From positions 6,174-70,173 of the forward strand of contig CACEXM010000004.1 in the NCBI GenBank assembly GCA_902563555.1: a stretch of DNA of 64,000 nucleotides, written 5' to 3'. This stretch comes from an uncultured Pelagibacteraceae bacterium. Lineage in GTDB: Bacteria > Pseudomonadota > Alphaproteobacteria > Pelagibacterales > Pelagibacteraceae. Positions 30,891 through 38,733 of the stretch are shown one piece after another. Position 1 is the first letter of the stretch; each line of letters starts with the position of its first letter. Below the pieces are notes generated by a model. That model was not told the origin of the DNA, searched no databases, and worked only from the letters and a program-made list of their open reading frames with translations. The translations under genes were made by a program, and so were the position numbers.

Positions 30891-31601
30891 TTACGAGAGC
30901 TTTGATCTTCCACCATCAACTGCTATAATTTGACCTGTCACCCATGAGCTATCATCTGTAATAAGAAATTTGGCTAAAGACGCTGAGTCTTTTCCCTCAC
31001 CCAATCTCTTTAATGGATGAGCTTTTGCAATTCCATCTGCTAAGGCCTTATTTTTTAACATTGGTTCAGCGATTTTAGAATTGGTTAAACTTGGTGCAAT
31101 ACAGTTTACTCTTATGTTTGGAGCAAATTCTGCAGCCAAAGAAACTGTTAAACCCTCAACAGCAGCTTTTGTAGAGGCAATTATTGCATGATTTGTAAAA
31201 CCTCTTTGAGCAGCAACTGTAGAAAATAAAACGACCGAACCTTTATTTTTTTTCAAAATATCCTGATATCCCTTTATAACCTCGACTGCAGAGTATAAAT
31301 TTAATTTCATACACTTATTAAAATCTTGCTCATTCACCATTCTTAAAGGTTTCAGATCAATTGAACCCACACAATAAGCAATACCTTTTACATCAGAAAT
31401 ATCACTTTTAACCTTATCCACAAATCCATCTTGCAAAACATCAGCTATTGTAAATGCACAACCTAATTTTTCAGAAATATTTTTAGTTTCATTTTCATTT
31501 CTACCAACTAAATGAACTGAATTCCCTGAATTTACTAATTGTTCAGCCAAACTAGAACCGATGGATCCTGTCGCACCAAAAATAAGATATTTTTCTGACA
31601 T
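30891..31601 (-). CDS. Short-chain dehydrogenase/reductase
   Basis: GATGSIG, FSTVA, S.KAA.EGL, IRVN.IAP, WVTGQ.I.VDGG; catalytic YxxxK appears as IASTK. Confidence 0.9.
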   Translation of the reverse strand: MSEKYLIFGATGSIGSSLAEQLVNSGNSVHLVGRNENETKNISEKLGCAFTIADVLQDGFVDKVKSDISDVKGIAYCVGSIDLKPLRMVNEQDFNKCMKLNLYSAVEVIKGYQDILKKNKGSVVLFSTVAAQRGFTNHAIIASTKAAVEGLTVSLAAEFAPNIRVNCIAPSLTNSKIAEPMLKNKALADGIAKAHPLKRLGEGKDSASLAKFLITDDSSWVTGQIIAVDGGRSKLS

Positions 31602-31628
31602 AAAAATTTTTATTAGTTATATTTAAAT

Positions 31629-33119
31629 ATGAAGTTATTTTTTATACTTGGCAATCAATTATTTCCACCAAAATACTTGGACCGCTTCAAAAAAGACCAC
31701 CTATTTTTTATGGCAGAAGATTACCAATTATGCACTTATGAAAAACATCATAAAAATAAAATCCTTCTTTTCTTATCATCAATGCGTTCACATGCGGAGT
31801 CTCTTAAAAAGGATAAGTTCAAATTAGAATATTCGAGAATTGAAGATAAAGAATTTAAAGATGACTATTTAAAAAAATTAAAGAAATTAATTAATTCAAA
31901 AAAAATAAAAGAAATTTCGAGTTTTGAAATTGAGGATAAATTTTTTGAGAAAAAAATTGATCAATTCACAAAAAAAGAAAAAATTAAATGGAATATTGTG
32001 CAAACTCCTATGTTTTTAAATTCGAGAGATGAATTTAAACAATATTTATCAAAATCAAAAAAACCTTTTATGGCAACTTTTTATAAAGAAGTTAGAAAAA
32101 AATCCGGCATATTAATGGGTTCAGATGGAAATCCTATAGGAGGTAAATGGAGTTTTGATGAAGATAATAGAAATAAGTTACCAAAAAATATCTCTATTCC
32201 AAAATTCCCAAAAATTAATGAGACTAACCATACTAAAAAATTAAAACCTATTATTGAAAAACTATTCAAAGATCATCCAGGAACAACCAAAAACTTTTGG
32301 CTTGCTACAGAATTTAATGATGTGGTCAAATTATTAGATTTTTTTATTAAAGAGAAATCTAATTTATTTGGTGATTATGAGGACGCTGTGGATCAAAAAG
32401 ATAATATTTTATTTCACAGTGCTTTAAGTCCTTACATTAACCTAGGATTAATAACGCCTGAATTTATTATAAAAAAAGTTTTAGATTTCCATAAGAGTAA
32501 AAAAATCAAATTAAATTCTTTAGAAGGTTATGTGCGTCAAGTCATAGGATGGAGAGAATTTATGAGAGGAATTTATCAAAGTTATTCAAACGAAATGGAA
32601 ACTAGAAATTTTTTCAAACAAAATCGCAAAATGAAAAAATCATGGTATGAAGGTACAACTGGTTTACCACCACTAGATTATGCAATCAAAAATGCTTTAA
32701 ATCATGGATGGTCTCATCACATTGAAAGATTAATGATTTTATCTAACATCATGAATCTTTGTGAAATAAAGCCTACCATTGTTTATAAATGGTTTATGGA
32801 AATGTTTGTAGATTCCTCAGATTGGGTAATGGTGCCTAATGTTTATGGTATGGGATTATTTAGTGATGGAGGAATATTTGCTACAAAACCATATATATGT
32901 GGCTCAAGTTATTTTATGAAAATGATGGATTTTAAAAAAGGTGATTGGTGCAACATAATGGATGGGTTGTATTGGAGATTTATTGATAGAAATAGAAAAT
33001 TTTTTTTGAAAAATCCAAGGTTATCCATGATGGTTAGAATTTTCGACAAAATGAAAAATGATAGAAAAAAATTAATTCTTCCTGCTGCAGAAAAATTTAT
33101 TAAACAAAACACACTTTAG
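31629..33119 (+). CDS. PhrB/CryB-type prokaryotic (6-4) photolyase, apparently without Fe-S cluster
   Basis: ILGNQL, HK.KI....SMR, P.GGKWSFD..NR, FG.YEDA, HS.LS...N.GL, EG..RQ.IGWRE, HHIERLM, WV..PNV.GM....DGG...TKPY. Confidence 0.92.
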   Translation: MKLFFILGNQLFPPKYLDRFKKDHLFFMAEDYQLCTYEKHHKNKILLFLSSMRSHAESLKKDKFKLEYSRIEDKEFKDDYLKKLKKLINSKKIKEISSFEIEDKFFEKKIDQFTKKEKIKWNIVQTPMFLNSRDEFKQYLSKSKKPFMATFYKEVRKKSGILMGSDGNPIGGKWSFDEDNRNKLPKNISIPKFPKINETNHTKKLKPIIEKLFKDHPGTTKNFWLATEFNDVVKLLDFFIKEKSNLFGDYEDAVDQKDNILFHSALSPYINLGLITPEFIIKKVLDFHKSKKIKLNSLEGYVRQVIGWREFMRGIYQSYSNEMETRNFFKQNRKMKKSWYEGTTGLPPLDYAIKNALNHGWSHHIERLMILSNIMNLCEIKPTIVYKWFMEMFVDSSDWVMVPNVYGMGLFSDGGIFATKPYICGSSYFMKMMDFKKGDWCNIMDGLYWRFIDRNRKFFLKNPRLSMMVRIFDKMKNDRKKLILPAAEKFIKQNTL

Positions 33120-33250
33120 TGAAAAAAGAAAATCTTCCATCTAAAATCTGTATTGTTTGTAAGAGACCTTTCAATTGGCGAAGAAAATGGAAGCTAAATT
33201 GGGACAGCGTTAAATATTGCTCAAAAAGATGTTCTAGCAAAAAAATATGA
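33119..33250 (+). CDS. DUF2256 small Cys-rich protein (43 aa, below the ORF-track cutoff)
   Basis: GTG overlapping the photolyase TAG; MKKENLPSKICIVCKRPFNWRRKWKLNWDSVKYCSKRCSSKKI*; stop overlaps next ATG. Confidence 0.92.
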   Translation: MKKENLPSKICIVCKRPFNWRRKWKLNWDSVKYCSKRCSSKKI

Positions 33251-33780
33251 ACTTAGAAAAATATAAATGGAAAAGTAGAATTTTACTTGTTTCTACAACA
33301 AGTTATAAGGATAGAATTTATCTAGAGGCAAAAAAAATATATCAAGATAAAATAAAAGATTTTCATAAAAGATTTGTAAAATTAATTTGTAAAATTAATA
33401 AGCAGGAAAAATCATCAATTGATTTAATTGGTTTTGATGGCAAATCTAAAAAAAAGATGAATAACCTTAATCATAAAAAAATTTTTAAAATTATAGACAA
33501 AATGCCATTAAGTAAAAAATCTAAACCTATAAATTTATCGCTGTATTCAGATTATAATCCTAAGACTACTACTCATGGGTTAGGATTCAAAAATAAAGAA
33601 AAAGCTCTTTACACAATTAGAACTATTAAAAATCGTTCAATTAAGTATCAGGTAAATGTTATTGCAACCATGCTGGGTAGAGCAAAGAACCATCCTAACA
33701 AAACTAGGGATATGGAGGATGCTATAAAAATATTTGGTGATTGGATGAAAAAGTATAAAAGTAAAAAAAATGAAAATTAG
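33247..33780 (+). CDS. DUF4174-like domain fused to an unassigned C-terminal domain
   Basis: L.KYKWK.R.LLV...LIG.DG..K...IDKMP, then LYSDYNPKTTTHGLGFKNKEKA...M.GRA. Confidence 0.7.
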   Translation: MNLEKYKWKSRILLVSTTSYKDRIYLEAKKIYQDKIKDFHKRFVKLICKINKQEKSSIDLIGFDGKSKKKMNNLNHKKIFKIIDKMPLSKKSKPINLSLYSDYNPKTTTHGLGFKNKEKALYTIRTIKNRSIKYQVNVIATMLGRAKNHPNKTRDMEDAIKIFGDWMKKYKSKKNEN

Positions 33781-35215
33781 AATAATTAATTATTTAAAGA
33801 AATTAGTAGTTTTGTTTTTTCTATTAATCCCAAATAATCTGCATGCTGATTTTTTTGAAGATATAACAAGCCAAATTGCTGAGAATCCTAAAAGACTTAG
33901 TTATGGAGTTTCCGTCACCGATATAAATCAAGATGGAAATTTTGATTTTATAGTTACTGGATTTGGTTATTTGAATTTAGCTTTATCATATGAGAATGGA
34001 AAACTGATTAATATTGTAAATCAAAAAAAATTTTCTGATGAATTTAGAAGAACAATTGGTGTTGCTGCATGCGATATAGATAGAGACGGATATGAGGAAA
34101 TATATTTTCTCAATACCGACACATATAGTGGAACAAAAAAATATTCAGATAGATTGATAGACTTAGATAAGGGTAATTTTATTGATTTATTTGAAATTGA
34201 GAAAAATCAAAAAGATCTCAATTTAACTGCTGGGAGGTCAGTTGTTTGTGTTGATAGAAAAGGAGATGGCAATTATGGTGTATATGTTGCTAACTACGGA
34301 GGACCCACAAGATACTACGAATATAATGATGACATAATAGTTGATAAATCTGTTCAATTGAATCTGGCGAAAGTTACAGGTGGACGTGCTGTCGTGGCTG
34401 GACACATCATTTCTGATAAAATTGATATATTTGCAGCCAATGAGAGAGGAGCAAATTTTTTATACAAAAATGACGAGGGTAAATTTTTAGATGTCGCATA
34501 CGAATATAGAGTTCAAGACGTACTTCAAAATGGGAGAGGTACAGCTTTGTCAGATATTTATTACCGAGGAAGACTTGATATTTTAAATGGAAATTGGGGA
34601 GGATTTCACAGAGCATATGTGCTTAAAAATGATATTTTTGAGGATATAGCAAAGCCACCTTTTGATGAGCCGTCAAGAATAAGAACTGTTATTTCAGCTG
34701 ATTTAGATAATGATGGTTATGATGAAATATTCTTGAATAATATTGGTGAACCCAACAAACTTTTTAGAATTTTAGAGAATGGTTTGGTAAAACAAATACC
34801 TGTCGATATTGGTTTAGAACCAGATGGATATGGAACTGGAGCAGCAGTTGCCGATATAGATAACGACGGTATATTAGAATTATTAGTTTCCCACGGAGAA
34901 AGCAGAGATCAGCCATTGTCTTTGTATAAAGCAAAGGTGAATCCTCAACACAAATATTTAAGGATTAAACCCCTAAATAAATATGGGGCGCCTGCGAGAG
35001 GAGCAACAGTAACATTGATTTCAAATTTAAGAAAACATTCAAAAACAATTGACTCTGGTTCAGGGTATCTATGCCAAATGGAACCAGTAGCTCATTATGG
35101 TATTAGAAAAAATGAAAAGAATATAAAAATAGAGGTTAGATGGACAAATGGAAAAACTAAAATGATCTCGGTAAAAAATCTAAATCAAACAATTACTTTA
35201 AAACAAAATAACTAG
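33770..35215 (+). CDS. CRTAC1-like secreted protein (FG-GAP beta-propeller plus ASPIC/UnbV domain)
   Basis: Signal peptide; repeated D.D.DG motifs (TDINQDG, CDIDRDG, ADLDNDG, ADIDNDG); GSGYLCQMEPVAHYG; VRW..G. Confidence 0.9.
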   Translation: MKIRIINYLKKLVVLFFLLIPNNLHADFFEDITSQIAENPKRLSYGVSVTDINQDGNFDFIVTGFGYLNLALSYENGKLINIVNQKKFSDEFRRTIGVAACDIDRDGYEEIYFLNTDTYSGTKKYSDRLIDLDKGNFIDLFEIEKNQKDLNLTAGRSVVCVDRKGDGNYGVYVANYGGPTRYYEYNDDIIVDKSVQLNLAKVTGGRAVVAGHIISDKIDIFAANERGANFLYKNDEGKFLDVAYEYRVQDVLQNGRGTALSDIYYRGRLDILNGNWGGFHRAYVLKNDIFEDIAKPPFDEPSRIRTVISADLDNDGYDEIFLNNIGEPNKLFRILENGLVKQIPVDIGLEPDGYGTGAAVADIDNDGILELLVSHGESRDQPLSLYKAKVNPQHKYLRIKPLNKYGAPARGATVTLISNLRKHSKTIDSGSGYLCQMEPVAHYGIRKNEKNIKIEVRWTNGKTKMISVKNLNQTITLKQNN

Positions 35216-35685
35216 TTTAAGGGCTGAAGAACTCTATTTATAAAATGGATTATACCATTAGAAGTTTCAACATCAGCAGTTACAACTTCAGCTTCATTTA
35301 TATAAACTATACCATTAACTTTTTTTATAGTTATTTCTTCACCATTAATTGCTTTGAGTTTAATCTCACCTGCAACTTCTGAAGAAGGAATTTTTTTGGA
35401 AAAAACGTGTCGTCCTAAAATATTTACAAGTTTATCTTTGTTTTCCTCTCTCAACAGACCATAATATGTTTGTGCACTAATTGCTGCAAATGCGTCATCT
35501 AAAGGTGCAAAAACAGTAAATGGTCCTTCACTTTTTAAATTCTCACTTAATCCTGATTTCATTAAGGTTTCGTTTAATTTTGTAAATTTACCGGTTTCCT
35601 TCAATTTATCAATTACATTTCCAAATGTTATCGATGGGATAATCATCATGGCAAGTGTTAAAAATATTATGTGAAATTTTTTCAT
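35212..35685 (-). CDS. Fasciclin (FAS1) domain protein
   Basis: Signal peptide, GPFTVFAP.D.AF, IL..HV, NGIIH.I..VL.P. Confidence 0.93.
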   Translation of the reverse strand: MKKFHIIFLTLAMMIIPSITFGNVIDKLKETGKFTKLNETLMKSGLSENLKSEGPFTVFAPLDDAFAAISAQTYYGLLREENKDKLVNILGRHVFSKKIPSSEVAGEIKLKAINGEEITIKKVNGIVYINEAEVVTADVETSNGIIHFINRVLQPLN

Positions 35686-35768
35686 TGGACTTTAATAACT
35701 TTAAATTTATAATTTGAAAGTAAATTAAGTGCGACAAATAATAAAAATTTTTTAAATTAATTAAATCA

Positions 35769-36470
35769 ATGAATTTTTCAAAAACTATTTTTAGATTTGT
35801 AATTATTTTTATCCTTACTTTATCTTTTTCCAATATTTCAAATTCAGTGGAAAAAAATTATTATAAAGATTTAATAACAGATTGGTCCAGAATATTTCCT
35901 GACAGCAACAGAAATGCTGCTGGTCCAAAATTCTTCAAATATATAATTGATAAAGACATAAATTATGAAGACTTCATTGAATACAACAAACTTTATTGTG
36001 CTGTTTCTGGTTCATTGATTGATCCCAATAGTGACCCTGATTTTTTATTTATCAGTGAGAGAGGAACTAAAAATAAAATTTGTGGTAATTACTATAAATG
36101 TTGTATTCCGTGTTCTTGTGATATTATGAAATATTCTGAAGTTGAAAGGATGAAATATAAATTTAAAGACGGAATCAAGGAGTTTTTTGTTTTTACAATT
36201 AAAAATCCCTGCAACAAAGAAGATTTTCCAAATAGGGTTAATAAAGATTATTTCTGTGATGGAGAGAAAATAAATAACAAACAGGTTTATGATTTAAATG
36301 GCCGAATAGTAATTGGTTTATTGCATAACGGTAAAAGCTGCAGAAAAGATGAGATAGATTTTGTAAAAAATCATCAGATAACTGGTAGATTTTGTGAATT
36401 TAGAAATAATACACCCATAGAGAATTTAGAGGCAGGCATGGGCGATATCTTTATTAAACTTGCAAGATAA
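35769..36470 (+). CDS. Secreted Cys-rich hypothetical protein
   Basis: Signal-like N-terminus; 10 Cys including CGNYYKCCIPCSCD. Confidence 0.8.
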   Translation: MNFSKTIFRFVIIFILTLSFSNISNSVEKNYYKDLITDWSRIFPDSNRNAAGPKFFKYIIDKDINYEDFIEYNKLYCAVSGSLIDPNSDPDFLFISERGTKNKICGNYYKCCIPCSCDIMKYSEVERMKYKFKDGIKEFFVFTIKNPCNKEDFPNRVNKDYFCDGEKINNKQVYDLNGRIVIGLLHNGKSCRKDEIDFVKNHQITGRFCEFRNNTPIENLEAGMGDIFIKLAR

Positions 36471-36475
36471 AAATT

Positions 36476-36697
36476 ATGGATAATAAGATTTTTGAATGGG
36501 CAGGAGTTATAACAGCAATATTATATTCATTATTCGTAGCTATGAATATTGGTATTGAATTTTTTGGTTTTTGCTTATTACTTTTGTCTGCAATTTTAAT
36601 TGGAATTTGGGCGTATAGAGGTGGTCATAGAGGAATATTATTTTTACAATTCTTTTACGCAACGGCAGGAATTATCGGAATGTTTAGGTGGTTTTAA
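36476..36697 (+). CDS. Small three-helix membrane protein, hypothetical
   Basis: 73 aa, almost entirely hydrophobic, 5 nt after the upstream stop. Confidence 0.7.
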   Translation: MDNKIFEWAGVITAILYSLFVAMNIGIEFFGFCLLLLSAILIGIWAYRGGHRGILFLQFFYATAGIIGMFRWF

Positions 36698-37833
36698 TTG
36701 AAAGTTGAAATTATTTTTGGAATATAATTTTTAAAATTAAAAAAACCTTTGTTGCAATATTGCCAAGAATACTGATCAAGTTTTCTATATAAAAAAGTTA
36801 TTTTTGAGTTATTTAAATTTAAATAATCTAAGTTTTCACCAACCGAGGGATATAAACCATAACAGTTTTGAATATCTTTTATTTCACTTATACTGATCAT
36901 CTCATAATCAATAGACTTGGCTTTTAACCTTTGTTTTTGGTCTTCAATTAAAAGGGATTTAAATTTTAGAACTTTTTCACCCAGCTTAATAGATCTATTA
37001 TTATTTTCATTTGAAATTAAATAAATTTTTTTAAATTTATAATTTTGAAAATCAGTAATTTCAAAAGCAAGATTATTATCAAAAATTAATAGACTTTTAT
37101 CTTCAATATTTTGAGGATTACTAAAATCTTGTTTTATTATTGAGTAAGTTTTTTCAGATACTTTTGGAGGAGCATTTTCATTTAACTTAATATTATTGAA
37201 TCTGTTAGCAGTGAATTTTTTAATGTTCCATTCGCTCGCCAAATAATGTTTTCCTTGTGTTTGAACTCCAGCAACCCATCTCCATCCAAGAGTATTGGAC
37301 GCAGCATCGCCGTCATATAGATGTTGCATAAAAAATTCTGCACCTAATTGCCAAGGTAATTCTAGAGTAAAAATCCAAATACTGGCGAACCACATCCTTG
37401 TATGATTGTGTAAATAATTATTTTCTTTTAGTTCGATTACCCATTGATTAAAGCAATCTATCTTTGTTTTTCCTTCAATTGCATTTTTATAATTTTGATT
37501 ATTTTTTAAATTTTCCTTAATTTTAGTTAATTCTGTTAAATAATCTGACCAAACATTTGGTCTTAATTCTAGCCAGCCCTTCCAATATGTGCGCCATAAT
37601 ACTTCTTGTATAAATTTTTCATTTTTTGAAAAAGAAAATTTACCTAGAGATTTTTTAATGATCTCTTGTTCATTAACAATTCCATGAGTTATATATGGTG
37701 ACAAACAAGAAACATTTGATCTTTTATCTGGACCAAAATCAAAATTTCTAAGCTTTGAATATTCTGTAAGGTTGTTTTCAACAAAACTTTCTAATCGATC
37801 TAAGGCCTTAGCCCTTGAGGGTTCAAAATTCAT
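36694..37833 (-). CDS. Photolyase-family protein with FAD domain first (NewPHL-like inverted topology)
   Basis: Starts at Y...RN.D..., VS.LSPY, KFIQEV.WR.YW, YLHNH.RMWFAS.W, DGD.ASN.L.WRWVAG, then a ~140-aa C-terminal domain. Confidence 0.88.
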   Translation of the reverse strand: MNFEPSRAKALDRLESFVENNLTEYSKLRNFDFGPDKRSNVSCLSPYITHGIVNEQEIIKKSLGKFSFSKNEKFIQEVLWRTYWKGWLELRPNVWSDYLTELTKIKENLKNNQNYKNAIEGKTKIDCFNQWVIELKENNYLHNHTRMWFASIWIFTLELPWQLGAEFFMQHLYDGDAASNTLGWRWVAGVQTQGKHYLASEWNIKKFTANRFNNIKLNENAPPKVSEKTYSIIKQDFSNPQNIEDKSLLIFDNNLAFEITDFQNYKFKKIYLISNENNNRSIKLGEKVLKFKSLLIEDQKQRLKAKSIDYEMISISEIKDIQNCYGLYPSVGENLDYLNLNNSKITFLYRKLDQYSWQYCNKGFFNFKNYIPKIISTFN

Positions 37834-37839
37834 TTAAAA

Positions 37840-38220
37840 CTATTTAGATTTTTTTTTCTTAAGACCTAATTTATCACTATGTCTTAATCTCAAGATTACA
37901 ATAGCACCAGCAATTAAAACTATTGCAACTGCCTCATAAACCAATGCAGTAGGGTCCATTTCTTTACCTTGAAGAATAATAAATCGAGCAAGTGCAGTAA
38001 TTGCTATTAGTAGTGGTAACGTAATACTGATTGATTGCTGGTTCCAAAAAACTCTAACCATTGCAAGAACTTCTAAATAAAGAAACATTAATAACAAGTC
38101 AGCTAACGTTACAGACATGTTTTGATACATTTTATAAATTTCAATACCTACAGCAATTACTGTGCTTATTAAAATAATGCACATTAGTATAAGTTGTAGA
38201 TTCTTAGCTATTTTTTCCAT
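37840..38220 (-). CDS. PsiE-family membrane protein
   Basis: LADLLLMFLYLE...M, LPL.IAITALAR.IIL. Confidence 0.85.
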   Translation of the reverse strand: MEKIAKNLQLILMCIILISTVIAVGIEIYKMYQNMSVTLADLLLMFLYLEVLAMVRVFWNQQSISITLPLLIAITALARFIILQGKEMDPTALVYEAVAIVLIAGAIVILRLRHSDKLGLKKKKSK

Positions 38221-38672
38221 TATTTGTCCTTACTAAATGGCAACCATTTTTCAAACACTGATTTTGATGGACCATCATATGGAATAGTATACGAGTTAGT
38301 ATTTGTTAAAACTTCAATACCCTTAGAAAAAACAAAAATAAACACTATAACAAATACAATAACCATAATTTTAAATGGATCAAAATTCTTTGTTTGAAAG
38401 ACGCTGGTCGATTTTTCCTCAGCTTTATGGAATTGTTTGAATGTCATATAGACTGCAAATATAAGACCGATATGTGCCAAGTATGTTCCAGCCCAGCCAA
38501 AAGCAAAAGTCGTATATGAAAATACATACAAACTAAATACAGTTGTCCATATAAAACTTAGGACTAGTAATATTTGTAATCTAACAGCCTTAGGTAGTGA
38601 TCTTAAATCATTTTTACTATCATCAAACAATATATTGGCTGAGTCTTGCATCCATTTTTTTAAATTGTCCAT
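38220..38672 (-). CDS. Hypothetical membrane protein
   Basis: Three hydrophobic helices; N.LR.LP...R.Q....L...W...FS. Confidence 0.75.
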   Translation of the reverse strand: MDNLKKWMQDSANILFDDSKNDLRSLPKAVRLQILLVLSFIWTTVFSLYVFSYTTFAFGWAGTYLAHIGLIFAVYMTFKQFHKAEEKSTSVFQTKNFDPFKIMVIVFVIVFIFVFSKGIEVLTNTNSYTIPYDGPSKSVFEKWLPFSKDK

Positions 38673-38697
38673 AAAACTAAGTTATGTTTTTTTTCAG

Positions 38698-38724
38698 AAT
38701 TGACAATGTAAAAAATTGTCAATT
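38698..38724. promoter_or_regulatory. Perfect 10-bp inverted repeat, candidate operator
   Basis: AATTGACAAT-7 bp-ATTGTCAATT in the spacer between argG and the 38672 ATG. Confidence 0.5.
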
Positions 38725-38733
38725 TTTCTTGAG

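Noticed and set aside
33900-34880. Repeated GAT/GAC-rich segments as a possible DNA repeat array
   Set aside because: These are protein-level FG-GAP D.D.DG repeats, not nucleotide repeats or CRISPR
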